NCBI RefSeq assembly: GCF_001194135.2 | Contig: NC_068997.1 | Coordinates: 36,847,190 to 36,899,795, forward strand | Source: Octopus bimaculoides | Lineage: Eukaryota | Direction of reading: 5' to 3' | DNA length: 52,606 bases | In this document: positions 12,774 to 24,618 of the stretch, piece by piece | How the letters are laid out: each line of letters opens with the position of its first letter | Numbering within the stretch: position 1 is the first letter of the stretch | The notes under the pieces: generated by a model | What the model was told of the DNA's origin: nothing | Databases searched by the model: none | What the model saw: the letters and a program-made list of their open reading frames with translations, nothing else | Program-made: the position numbers and the translations under genes

Positions 12774-12816
<43 letters not shown>

Positions 12817-13391
12817 TATTTTATGTATATTAATATTATCTCAGTTATTGAAACTTTCGATAATTTGAATACGTTAATAGTTACCAGGGGTAGCAAAATT
12901 ACACTAAAAAACAAGATATCCCAGCCGATTTACAGGTTGATATACCGNNNNNNNNNNNNNNNNNNNNNNNNNNNNNNNNNNNNNNNNNNNNNNNNNNNNN
13001 NNNNNNNNNNNNNNNNNNNNNNNNNNNNNNNNNNNNNNNNNNNNNNNNNNNNNNNNNNNNNNNNNNNNNNNNNNNNNNNNNNNNNNNNNNNNNNNNNNNN
13101 NNNNNNNNNNNNNNNNNNNNNNNNNNNNNNNNNNNNNNNNNNNNNNNNNNNNNNNNNNNNNNNNNNNNNNNNNNNNNNNNNNNNNNNNNNNNNNNNNNNN
13201 NNNNNNNNNNNNNNNNNNNNNNNNNNNNNNNNNNNNNNNNNNNNNNNNNNNNNNNNNNNNNNNNNNNNNNNNNNNNNNNNNNNNNNNNNNNNNNNNNNNN
13301 NNNNNNNNNNNNNNNNNNNNNNNNNNNNNNNNNNNNNNNNNNNNNNNNNNNNNNNNNNNNNNNNNNNNNNNNNNNNNNNNNNNNNNNNNNN

Positions 13392-13434
<43 letters not shown>

Positions 13435-13673
13435 AATATTTAGCTCTAAATATTTGAACAAATCATTGCTAATGTAACACCAAAAGTATAACCAAGGGCT
13501 TATCAATTATTTATCTTGCACCAACAGACCATCTCATAGTTTACTAGTTGATAATATACTACAACAAACTCTGGCCTTGTGCCAAACTAATTAATCTACT
13601 ACTTTTTACCCCTAAACAGATTAAAACAAAATTTAGCAAAGAAATACAGTTGTGAAATATGTAAAATACTTAC

Positions 13674-13773
13674 ATCAAGGCACTGTATAATTCGTTTATA
13701 GGGTCCCAGATTAACTTCAGTTGGCCTTATTTTACGATTTTTCACATCAAGACTCCATATACGAAGACAATAT
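13674..13773 (-). CDS. CFAP52: CFAP52/WDR16 internal coding exon (100 nt)
   Basis: Minus strand: atttcag|A TAT TGT CTT CGT ATA TGG...CTT GAT|gtaagt. Peptide YCLRIWSLDVKNRKIRPTEVNLGPYKRIIQCLD resembles CFAP52 TIRVWELDLPNRKIWPTECQTGQLKRIVMSIG. GA+A completes Glu across the 1098-nt intron 13774-14871. Confidence 0.93.
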
Positions 13774-14871
13774 CTGAAATGAGAAATGGAAATTGGTTCT
13801 GTTCTTTTTATCAGAAAATATCTTCCTCTGACAGACAGTTTCTTCATATCCCTTCTACATACTTATCTACACAATGAAAACAGAGTTAATTATTAGTGAA
13901 GCTCTCAGTGAATATGGCATGCAGGAGTCACATGACAAGATGCAATCCATGATCAAATCCCATGCCTCTGGTTTATTGACGAGTACATCATGCTATCTGA
14001 TATACACTGTGTACTTCACAAAGCCTGAGAATATTGCTGTTATTACTTTTGTTGTTATTGATACTGTTGTTGATGATGGTGGGAGGACTGCTTCAACAAA
14101 CTTGTGGTACAGAAGCAGATAGTCAAGTACTTGAGAGTAAGCTACAGATACAATCCAGTCCATTATAAATGCCATACTTCAGTCTCGTCTCTATGACAGT
14201 GGCATTAATATAGTTGGACAGACTTACTGGTGAGTAATTTTTTTCTATCACACTTAATGTAGTATGTTGCAGGTCTTTGTTTCAATTTTAACCTTGACTG
14301 TTTCTTTTCACTTGAATGTTTTCATAAGCATAAACAGGTTCTTTTAAATTTAGTATTCATGTCATAAAGAAAAACAAACTTATGCCATCCAACAACTACA
14401 CATCAAATTCATTGACTAAAATCAACAAGAATACTAACTGTCAAATCAGTCATGCATCACATCAGATGTTATTGCATATTGAATGATGTGTACAACCAAA
14501 TCTACGACTATTCCAAAAATAGCATATGCATTTGTTCTTTTAAATGCTCTTTCACCGACATACAATTAAACAAACTGTCCAACTGAATCACTTACACTAG
14601 CACAACATTCACTTTTACTCAGTTAATTTCTTGGATCCATGATGTTTCCTGCTCACAAGATCACAGAGTCAGAACACAACATTAATCTCATTTTCCTACA
14701 TTACTATGCTTTTTGTTCTTCAAACCATCATGTTACATTTTTCAACTTTTAATAATTAATAGATAATGATTTGAAAATGCAGACTGCTCTTATTTTTCCC
14801 CTTTGGACCTTTTCATCATCGTTGAATTAATGTTATTGTTAAAAGTATACAACTAGTAAAAGAGCACTTAC

Positions 14872-15000
14872 TCGCCAGCTGTGATGAAGCTGTAATCATT
14901 GGTATGGGTAAACAGGCAACAGAGTGTTATACCGGCTGTTACAGACTGAGCTGGTGATCCACAGATGGCATCCTTTTTATTGATATTCCATACAACAACA
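14872..15000 (-). CDS. CFAP52: CFAP52/WDR16 internal coding exon (129 nt), first of four in the window
   Basis: Minus strand: ttattttttttag|T GTT GTT GTA TGG...ACA GCT GGC GA|gtaagt. Peptide VVVWNINKKDAICGSPAQSVTAGITLCCLFTHTNDYSFITAG resembles CFAP52 VVVWSIAKRDAICGSPAAG...FMTAG (recalled sequence). Phase 2 at both ends. Confidence 0.93.
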
Positions 15001-15494
15001 CTAAAAAAAATAAAATTAGCTTGAAGTACTTGCTTTGTGTAAGCAAAATAAATATAAGACAACAGTCTTGGTATTTTTCTAGTGAGAAAGCCAATATGAA
15101 TATCTTTAAGAATGAAACTACTTATTTGCATATACCAACATTTAACAGGTTTCAACTGTTTCAAGTCTCTCTAGAAGAGGATAAACTGTGACATGTGTTA
15201 CTTAAAACAATTAGTAGTGTATATTTATGAAGCAAAGGTGATTAACACAGATGACATACAGCATCTGAACTAAAATGATCCAAACATAGCTTGTTAATGC
15301 ATGACAAATGAGAATGGCTGAGTGAAAGAAGTAGCTGAAATCATTAAAGACATTGTCTGTAGTGCAGATATGTTCAAAATGACTGGCACCACTTTATAAT
15401 GCATACTGAGTGATTTCAGTAATTTATTTTCAAATATCTAATACTTAATTTGTATTATAACAAGCATCATAGTGGTTTTCATCATCCACATTTT

Positions 15495-15820
15495 GGCGCA
15501 GGAGTGGCTGTGTGGTAAGTAGCTTGCTTACCAACCACATGGTTCCACATGTTTCATTCATCATCCATAAACAACCCTTATTCAGGCACCTTTTGAGTGG
15601 GATGAGCTACTCAACCTGAAGAAAATTCTAACTGGGCTCCATTTGCAAGGTCATGCACTGTTTATCTTGATAATGAGATCACCATGTTACACATATATGG
15701 TTGTAATGTATGTGCCTGATGTAAACTTATCAGATGGGTATATTGGGGTTCATATATTTTACCACAGTGTCACATTGATGGCATTCAAGAAGAAGAAGAA
15801 GAAGAAGAAGAAGAAGAAAG
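15495..15820 (+). mobile_element. tRNA-derived SINE head fused to another repeat ending in (AAG)n
   Basis: ggcgcaggagTGGCTGTGTGGtaagtagcttgcttaccaaccacatggttcc is an A-box-like head, truncated near the B box. (AAG)n tail at about 15787-15818. Confidence 0.55.
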
Positions 15821-15869
15821 TCGTTGGCGTTGTCATCATCATCAGGGCAATGAATACATGGATTGTTTC

Positions 15870-17040
15870 CTTAATGTGATATGGCACAGGTAGACCAAGA
15901 ACGAGCTTGAAGAAATGGATAGAAAAACCAGGAAAGAGTTGACAATTAACAAGGAACTGCACCCAAAAACAATATCAGTAGACACTATGTGTCTAGGAAC
16001 AAGGACAGAAGAGGCCTCATAGGATGCAAGATCTGTGTTGTCAATGAGAAGAACAGTTTGGGATGGTGCATCAAACAGCAGAATGAACCCTTACTTGCTG
16101 TTGTTAAAAATAACAACACAATATCTACTGAAAATGTGACACATGTAAAAACATTTAAGAAACAAGATGAATAATAAACTATTGGAAAATGAAAACAATG
16201 CATAGACAATACCTCAGAGAAATTGAAAGGAAAGATTGGAGATGGCTAAGGAAAAGTGATCTGAAAGGACACACTAAGGCATTGATATGTAACACCCAGA
16301 AACAAGCTCAAAGAACTAATTACACCAAGTTCCAAATAGATAAGAGCAGTGAATAGCCGCTTTATGACAGCAAAAACAAAACAATCTTACATGTTGTGAG
16401 TGAGTGTAGCAAACTGGCCCAAAAGGAATATAAAAGGAGGCATGATAATGTGGATAAGTTTGTTCACTGGAGATAGGGTGGAAATTATGGTCATGGAAGA
16501 ACACAGAAGTGGTATGAACATAAACCAGAAGGCATCAATGAGAATAATGAAAATAAGATTGTGTGGGATTTTACAATCCAATGTGACTCCCTAATTGATG
16601 CTCAGGGACTAGACATTGTTGAGGAAGATAAAAGCAAAAAAGGAAACTAAGATCATAGATATTGCCATACCTGGGGATGCAAGCATAGCTGACAAAGAGC
16701 TGGAAAAAGTGGTAAAATACAAATTACTGAAAGACAAAATTGCAAGAATGTGAGCAGTGAGGAGAATAATTGTTATCCCAGTAGTTGTAGAGTTACTCAG
16801 AACACTAACAACCAAGTACAAGATATATGGAATTGACATGAGAGCAGAGCATGCCCCCGAAACTGCTCTATTGGAGACAGCTCGGATGATTTTGAGATTG
16901 GTGTTTGCACGTTGAGTATCTTCAGTAATACTTAACATTCAAGTACCGAGTCTTATAATTCACAGAAAGAAACTCTGTGAGACCTCTGACAACAGGTTCC
17001 TGTCAGCTCTCACAGAATAAACTGGAGCAAGACTGAAAGC
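15870..17040 (+). mobile_element. R4/Dong-clade LINE 3' portion (CCHC + REL endonuclease), decayed
   Basis: Broken frames give HVVSECSKLAQKEYKRRHD, KWYEHKPEG, WDFTIQCD, PDIVEEDKSKKETKIIDIAIPGDASIADKELEKVVKY (PD..D..K restriction-like fold). Confidence 0.85.
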
Positions 17041-17049
17041 TCTGAGAAG

Positions 17050-18340
17050 TAAAATTGGCATGAAACTGCATCAGTTGTGGCATCACAACGTGGGAAGAAC
17101 AAGGTTGCCCTTAACCACAACTACCTTCAGGTGATTTTTGAGCAAAGTGTAGTACTTGTAAGCCCACCCTGAGACCTAGAAATACCAGGTTGGCATCTGA
17201 CAGGATTAAGCTTGTCTCATGGGAGGAGGGAGTCCTTTAGCCTTGGTCAGCAACCCCTCTAGAGAAGGTGACTCAATAAAAACATTGATGGTTGTGCCAC
17301 TTCAACACCAAACTTCTCAGGAGTGAAAATGTCAAATACAAAGATATAAAACAATGGATTGAACGACACTGGCACTAAAAACAGTGTATACAAGGGTATG
17401 TATGGACTCTCAGAGCCTTGGCTACCTACTGATGGTGTCACAATAAAAATACTGGTGATTGCACAACCTCACAAATACTACCTCTTAAGTGAGTGATGTC
17501 AAAATTAAATAATAACCACAACTGCACTAACTGGAACTGTTAACAGTGAAGGTATCGCACACAGCAGGCAAGGAGTATTGGATCAAGCTCCAGCAGGTCG
17601 TCATCAAGCTATGGATCAGGACCAATATCACAGTCAAAAGTACAAAAGAAAAATAATAATAGAATGCTGGCTGAGAAGTGAACTAAATAAAGAGGCTTCA
17701 TGAATTAAATGAAGAGAATATGGGATGCAAAAGGAGGTTTTGAAGCATCTGCACAGCGACTGATAGACCAAGCAAGAGCAAGCCATAGGAACGACTGGGT
17801 TACGAGAGTAGAGATTGAAGAAATTCAGAGAAATATAATAAAAAAGAGCAGAAGGAGAGTGAAACAGCAGTAGCAGAAAGTGATACTGAAGCAGTAAGAG
17901 ATGAAGAACATGAAACAGATGGAAATCACAGAGTACTAGAGAATACTCATAAAGTAACTAATGAAGATGATCTTGGACAAGTAACAGTAAATACTTCACA
18001 AGACTTGAATGTTGAAGAGAAAGAGATTTTAGAAACATTGCAAGGTAAAATGTCTGATGGGAACAATGAAGTACCACCAAATGTAAGATATATGGACAGA
18101 AAACAAGTGAGGAAAGCCACAGGTAAAGTAAATGATATTTTAAGCTTGATTAAAACAGAAAACATCAGTGAAACAAACCAACTAATCATAGTTGCTGCTA
18201 ATGTCACAGCTAACATAGTAGGCTACAAGCGAAAAACTGAAGATACAAAAGCAAATGAAAAGAAAGAACCAAACTGGAGGAAGAGACTACGAATGAAGCT
18301 GGAAAAGACATGAAAAGAACTGGAGCAACTGAATAGGATA
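17050..18340 (+). mobile_element. 5' UTR and N-terminal ORF region of another R4/Dong-type LINE
   Basis: Broken frames give IECWLRSEL, QRLIDQAR, ATGKVNDILSLIKTENISETNQLI, KEPNWRKRL, typical of R4-clade ORF N-termini. Confidence 0.6.
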
Positions 18341-18384
18341 ATGTATTTTTAGTGTAAAGGTCAACATGTATGTTTGTATCTCTT

Positions 18385-18612
18385 TAACTCTTTTACTTGT
18401 TTCAGTCATTTGACTGCGGCCATGCTGGAACACCGCCTTTTTTAGTCGAGCAAATCGACCCCAGGACTTATTCTTTGGAAGCCTAGTACTTATTCTATCG
18501 ATCTCTTTGCCGAACCGCTAGATTACGGGGACGTAAACACACCAGCATCGGTTGTCAAGCGATGTTGGAGGGGACAAACACAGACACACAAACATATACA
18601 CACACATACATA
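18385..18612 (-). mobile_element. Octopus-type SINE (3' body and tail)
   Basis: Reverse complement reads tgtgtctgtgtttgtccc...cgcttgacaaccgatgctggtgtgtttacgtccccgtaa...ggggtcgatttgctcgactaa...catggccgcagtcaaatgactgaaacaagtaaaagag. Second copy at 30500-31215. Confidence 0.75.
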
Positions 18613-19289
18613 TATTCCTTTACTCTTACTCTGTATATTATATGTTGAGCGCGTGATTGATGTGTAAGAACGCTGGTACAGGTAGAAGGGAAGAAATATA
18701 AAAGTTGCTAGAAATAACAGTCAAATCTCCCTTAAATCACACAAAGTAAACAGAATTTTAAAAATCTAATTACTGCACTGGAAAGTTCACATCGAGAAAA
18801 TTCCATTGATGTAAAAATTTGTACGAAAAAGTGGAAAATGTGGATTTCTATAAACTTTTAAAAAGGCTTCACACAGATACAGAACTTTAGCATTATATAT
18901 TAAGATAGGCAACACACACACACACACACACACACTAAATAAAAAAGAATGATAGGTATTTGTATGTATGTGTGTATTAATGTGCATTCTGTGTGTATAT
19001 ATATATATAGTCTTAAGTAAATGCGTTTTAAGAAAGATATTAAGAAAATTCAGTTTGTAAGGAATAAATGTTTGACTGTCGATCACATTTGGAAGAGACT
19101 GACAGGTATTTGTATGTATGTGTGTATTCAAAAACATCTATATTTACACTTTGAAGTTGTTAGAAATAACTTACAATTCCTGCCAATTAGAATGAGGTAT
19201 GTATGTAGTATTAAAGTGAAACCATTAAAGTGAAACCACTAAAGTGAAACTGTCATTACAGTATCGAAATGTGATTGTTTCAGTTTTGA

Positions 19290-19389
19290 NNNNNNNNNNN
19301 NNNNNNNNNNNNNNNNNNNNNNNNNNNNNNNNNNNNNNNNNNNNNNNNNNNNNNNNNNNNNNNNNNNNNNNNNNNNNNNNNNNNNNNNN
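19290..19389. other. Assembly gap, exactly 100 N (placeholder size)
   Basis: Counted directly. Confidence 0.95.
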
Positions 19390-20050
19390 AGTAATTTTAG
19401 CAAAACATATTAAGCAACACTAATAATACATAAAAAAACATAAAAATATACAAGCTTTTTGCGCTAATTCCGGAGATATGTCTGCAGAAAATAGTTACTG
19501 CGTCGTATATATCCACTTTGAGAACTTGGTTATGGTTAATCAAATTAAAACATAGGGTAAAAAATCAGATATTAATTAATATCGATTTATTACCAGGAAG
19601 CTAGCACATTGAAAGAATCCGAGAGATTCAGAAAAAATATCTGAGATCTCAGGGGATTAAGGTATATGTTTATATATAACGATGACCACTAAAGTGGACA
19701 TTTAATGTGCGCCAAAACAAAGACATTTGATTTTTACCATTAAGTTGTAATGAGCAGAACCATATACATGTTTGCCTCTAGGGGTGAACAACTTGTATAA
19801 GATTCTGAGAATTATGATTTCCTTACAATTCGTGCTGAAGAGAAACAGATATTCGGTAAGAATGTTAATTTCGAAACCAGTCCACGAATAATAATGTTTT
19901 ATTTATGTAATTTTCACTGTCTTGCCTGCATATGGTTTGGTATTTCGCTGAATTTCTTTTTGAGAACCATTAGGTCTTAGTAGACACAACATGTGATCTT
20001 CTTCTAGCACATTAAATGTCCACTTTAGTGGTCATCGTTATATATAAACA
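19390..20050 (+). mobile_element. Penelope-like pLTR-type fragment with internal hammerhead and 44-bp perfect inverted repeat
   Basis: Arms 19667-19710 and 20007-20050 are exact reverse complements. About 19450-19620 resembles about 8860-9000. Contains the hammerhead at 19828-19889. Confidence 0.6.
19828..19889 (+). ncRNA. Type I hammerhead ribozyme motif (minimal helix III, Penelope type)
   Basis: attcgtg-CTGAAGA-G aaa cag atattc ggtaa gaatgt taa ttt C-GAAA-CCAG-TC|cacgaat. Perfect 7-bp helix I and a well-paired helix II. Predicted GUC cleavage after 19882. Confidence 0.8.
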
Positions 20051-20051
20051 C

Positions 20052-20094
<43 letters not shown>

Positions 20095-21025
20095 CACACA
20101 CATACATATACATGCACACACACACACATATAGACACAGTTAGCTAAACTTATTATATAAATAATTTAATTTATGTCTACATTTAATTTTTTTGTTCATC
20201 AAAATAATCAATCAAAATAATTAATCAAAGTATTATAATTATTTAATATCTCCTTAAATTCATTACTTACAAAAATTATTACCTATACAATAGGATTTCG
20301 CCTTACAATCTATCTTCTTTCCAATAATTTTGTTAAATGTTTTTCTTTTATTTATTGGTGATATAATTATTTTTATATAAATTAATTTTTATAAATTAAT
20401 TTTTGTTAGTTTATATTAAAATTATATTATGTTTATAATTTTAGTTTAACCTAAAACTTTGTTTAAATTGTATTTTAAATGAAAGATTCGTTAAGATAAG
20501 ATTTGCATTTAATATTTCTGTTTGTTTATATTCTAATAAACGTAAAGTTAATAATGTCACGTTTATATTTTTCGATAAGATTAGTATTACATTTCTTTTA
20601 ATAATTTTGTTTAACATTTTTCTATCTTGATATAATAAGTATTTTTATATATATTCATTTGTTATTTATTGTCGGTTGATATATATATTCATTTTATTAT
20701 TGTTGTATTTTGACCTGAAGATTAACTATATTTTTGAATAGAATTGATTTTCAATCAATTTAATCGATTTGATTATATTTTATTTNNNNNNNNNNNNNNN
20801 NNNNNNNNNNNNNNNNNNNNNNNNNNNNNNNNNNNNNNNNNNNNNNNNNNNNNNNNNNNNNNNNNNNNNNNNNNNNNNNNNNNNNNNNNNNNNNNNNNNN
20901 NNNNNNNNNNNNNNNNNNNNNNNNNNNNNNNNNNNNNNNNNNNNNNNNNNNNNNNNNNNNNNAAATCGAATTTAATTGAGTTTTTACCTGTAAATTTGGA
21001 TTTTTATCCCTAATATTATTATTAT

Positions 21026-21085
<60 letters not shown>

Positions 21086-21089
21086 GACA

Positions 21090-23466
21090 ATGTGTGAAAG
21101 AAAATTGTGATGTCACAGGAGAGAAATGTGTCTGCATGGATGATGGTGCACTTGCTTTTAATGATTCTGCAAAGAAAGATGCTTGGAGAAGCCATTATGA
21201 AAGACTTCTGAATGTGGAGAATGAATGGGAGGAGGAGAGCCTGCCGAATGTTGACCCAGTAGAGGGACTAGCTATCCAAATAGACAGCACCCTGGTAGTT
21301 AAAGCAATTAAGGACATGAAGTCAGGAAAAGTCCCCAGCCCATTAGGAATCACTGCTGAGATGCTTACAATATCTGGTGGTGTGGATTATGGCCTAGTCA
21401 CACGTATTGTAAACCAGGTAGTTCACAAAGAAGTCATATCCAATGACTGGCGTAGCAGCACCATAGTCAACTGCTACAAAGGTAAAGGTAATGCCTTAGA
21501 TAGAAATAACTACAGGGGTATCAAACTGTTGGATCAGGTGATGAAGGTCATGGAGAGGGTCATAGCCCAACTAATTAGGGAGAGAATTTGCTTAGATGAG
21601 ATGCAGTTCAGTTTTGTACCAGGTAGAAGCACCACTGATGCTATATTCTTGGACCCCTGCTGGAGAAATACCTAGCCAAAGATAAACCCCTATACTTGGC
21701 TTTTGTTGACTTGGAGAAAGCCTTTGACAGGGTCCCCCAATCGCTTATCTGGTGGGTCATGCAAAAACTGGGGATAAATGAGTGGTTAATAAGAGCTGTT
21801 CAGGCCCTGTACAGGGATGCCGTTAGTAAAGTAAGGGTCAGCAATGAGTATAGTGAAGAATTCCAGGTAGAAGTAGGGGTTCACCAAGGATCAGCCCTCA
21901 GCCCCCTCTTATTCATCATAGTCCTCCAGGCAATAACAGAGGAATTCAAGACAGGTTGCCCCTGGGAGTTCCTCTATGCTGATGATCTTGCTCTCAAAGC
22001 AGAATCACTACCAGAACTAGAGAAGAAATTTCAGGTGTGGAAGCAAGGTCTAGAGTCAAAGGGCCTTAGAGTCAATGTTGAAAAAAAATCAAAGTCCTAG
22101 TAAGTAGGAAGGCAAATACATCACAAACCCCCTTCAGGTAGATGGCCCTGCTCGATCTGTAGAACAATTGTAGGTAGAAACTCCATAAGATGTACCCAGT
22201 GTAAGCTATGGATGCATAAGAGGTGCAGCAACATCAAAGGAAGGTTAACCAGGAAGATAGCTTTTGTGTGTGAAAGATGCACAGGGGCAATAAACACTGC
22301 AGATGCTCGGAAAACTGATTCCATCACATGCCAGGGGGAGAAACTAGAAGTAGTTGATAGCTTCCACTACCTAGGTGACCAAATCCGTAGTGGGGGTGGA
22401 TGCTCAGAGAGTGTTGCCACTAGAATAAGAATAGCCTGAGCAAAGTTCAGAAATCTCCTACCTCTACTGGTGACAAAGGGCCTCTCATTCAGAGTGAAAG
22501 GCAGATTGTATGATGCATGTGTGTGAACTGTCATGCTACATGGCAGTGAAACACGTGCCATGACTGCTGAAGACATGTGTAGGCTTGAAAGAAATGAAAT
22601 TGGTATCATCCGCTGGATGTGTAATGTCAGTGGGCATACATGACAGAGTGTAAGCTCCATGAGGGAAATGTTAGACGTGAGAAGCATCAGATGTGGTGTG
22701 CAAGAGAGATGACTGCATTGGTATGCTCATGTGCTGTGTATACTAGCACATGAGGAGAGCTGTGTGAAGAAGTGTCACTCCCTAACAGTGGAAGAGGGAG
22801 GTCCAGGAAGACATGGGACAAGGTGGTGAAGCATGACCTTTGAACATTGGGCCTCACAGAGGCAATGATGAAAGACTGAGACCTCTGGAGATATGCTATG
22901 ATTGAGAAGACCAGGGAAGTAAAGTGAGATCACAGCTATAGCCTACACTAGTGTTGCATAACCAGCCCATTTAAAAAGTATCTTTGAATCATCAGGCAAC
23001 ACACCATGCTTGAGAAGACCTATTGAGTCCAAGGAAAATCAAAATCAAAATCAAATCATAATCAAATGGAAATTATAGTTGTGGCCGATGTCAGTGCTGC
23101 CTGACTGGCTCCCCGTGCCAGTGGCACGTAAAAAAGCACCATCCAAACGTGGTTGATGCCCCCCCTCCTCCTGTGCTGCTGGCACGTAAAAAGCACCATC
23201 TGATGCCAGTGCCGCCTAACTGGCTCCCATGCCAGTGGCATGTAAAAAGCACTCACTACATTTTCAGAGTGGTTGGTGTTAGGAAGGGCATCCAGCTGTG
23301 GAAACATTGGCAGATCAGATTGGAGCCTGGTACAGTCTCCAGGCTTGTCAGTCTCCAGGCTTGCCAGTCTCCAGGCTTGCCAGTCTCCAGTTAAACTGTG
23401 CAACCCATGCCAGCATGGAAAATGGACGTTAAACAACAACGATGATGATGATGATGATGATGATAA

Positions 23467-23470
<4 letters not shown>
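21090..23470 (+). mobile_element. RTE-clade LINE, 5'-truncated, frameshifted, with (GAT)n tail
   Basis: NYRGIKLLDQVMKVMER, MAFVDLEKAFDRVP, GVHQGSALSPLLF, LYADDLAL. 3' UTR ends catgccagcatggaaaatggacgttaaac...(gat)n and has four 16-bp tandem units at about 23332-23390. Confidence 0.92.
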
Positions 23471-23501
<31 letters not shown>

Positions 23502-23672
23502 NNNNNNNNNNNNNNNNNNNNNNNNNNNNNNNNNNNNNNNNNNNNNNNNNNNNNNNNNNNNNNNNNNNNNNNNNNNNNNNNNNNNNNNNNNNNNNNNNNN
23601 NNNNNNNNNNNNNNNNNNNNNNNNNNNNNNNNNNNNNNNNNNNNNNNNNNNNNNNNNNNNNNNNNNNNNNNN

Positions 23673-23855
23673 ATATTTATGGCGCACATAGAACAAAAAA
23701 TTTTTTAGAGACACTTTCAGATTTATCAGAATATTGGGCTGATGAGACGGAATAGATTAATATCTTAACCGCGAAACGTTCGTATCCAATTAACTAAAGG
23801 CGGGTTTGTTTTTGCTTTTCACTCTGGTTTTTTGTTCTATGTGCGCCATAAATAT
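23673..23855. repeat. Perfect 28-bp inverted repeat enclosing the hammerhead
   Basis: atatttatggcgcacatagaacaaaaaa (23673-23700) is the reverse complement of 23828-23855. The left arm abuts a gap and may be longer. Confidence 0.92.
23733..23790 (+). ncRNA. Type I hammerhead ribozyme motif
   Basis: attggg-CTGATGA-G a cgg aat agat taat atct taa ccg C-GAAAC-GTTC-GTA|tccaat. 6-bp helix I, helix II with one bulge, 2-bp helix III with tetraloop. Predicted GUA cleavage after 23784. Confidence 0.82.
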
Positions 23856-24099
23856 CGCCATCCATTTAGAGAAAAATTTGTAGTTTAGAATCAGTAGTTT
23901 TTTGACTGCTATTTCTAAATTTTCAGTATGTTGGAGAAGCAACTCAATGCTAATCCCTGTATATTTACGATGATAAATGATTTTACCGATAAAGGTTTTT
24001 TTCATACTGAACTACTTGGCAAAATTGTTAATTATTAATTCTATTACTAATTGACGATTCCCTGCCCTTATTCTTGTATATATATATATATATATGTGA

Positions 24100-24370
24100 A
24101 TAATATAATATGAGCATGGAGGATAACAGACTTTAATAGTAGATCACAACATTTGTTTCTGCACCATACACCAGCTTTAAGTTGCTGAGTTTATATTTAA
24201 ATACCGTTTTAGAAGATCATTCTTTATAATTATTATATAGTCATTATTAAAAAAGATCTATAATGGTATTTGAATATAAACTCAGCAACTTGATGCTGGT
24301 GTATGGAGCAGAAACAATTGTTGTAATCTAACATTAATGCCTGTTATCCTCAATCATCATGTTATATTAT
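24100..24370. repeat. About 270-bp imperfect palindrome (foldback/MITE-like)
   Basis: Arms of about 110 bp: ...ggataacag...tgtttctgcaccatacaccagc...agttgctgagtttatatt versus aatataaactcagcaact...gctggtgtatggagcagaaaca...ctgttatcct. Confidence 0.85.
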
Positions 24371-24618
24371 CCTTGTATCAATCTTATACAAAGTGGAGTT
24401 CTGCACGTGTCTCTATCCCTGGAATATACCCTAGTGTAAGATAGCATGTTAGTCAAATAACAACTTAAGAGTTCTTACATAGTTGTTATAAGGTTTTCAT
24501 CCAAATTATACTAAATATACACATGTATGCATGCGTGTGCGTGCACACACACATACACACACACACATGTGTGTGTATGCATGTGTGTATGTATCAGCTG
24601 TATATTTCTTTGCAACAG

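Noticed and set aside
13874-14122. 82-aa plus-strand ORF inside the CFAP52 intron
   Set aside because: No recognisable motif or splice support, and its length is within chance expectation.
15495-15546. tRNA-like A-box sequence
   Set aside because: No cloverleaf; it is a truncated SINE head, not a tRNA gene.
19210-19250. Short tandem triplications (14-bp a(t/c)taaagtgaaac here; also about 44968-45012 and 7862-7902)
   Set aside because: Ordinary slippage duplications with no further structure.
20150-21010. Extremely AT-rich tract that looked like a possible mitochondrial insertion
   Set aside because: No recognisable mitochondrial rRNA, tRNA or protein motif by eye. A BLAST against mitogenomes would settle it.
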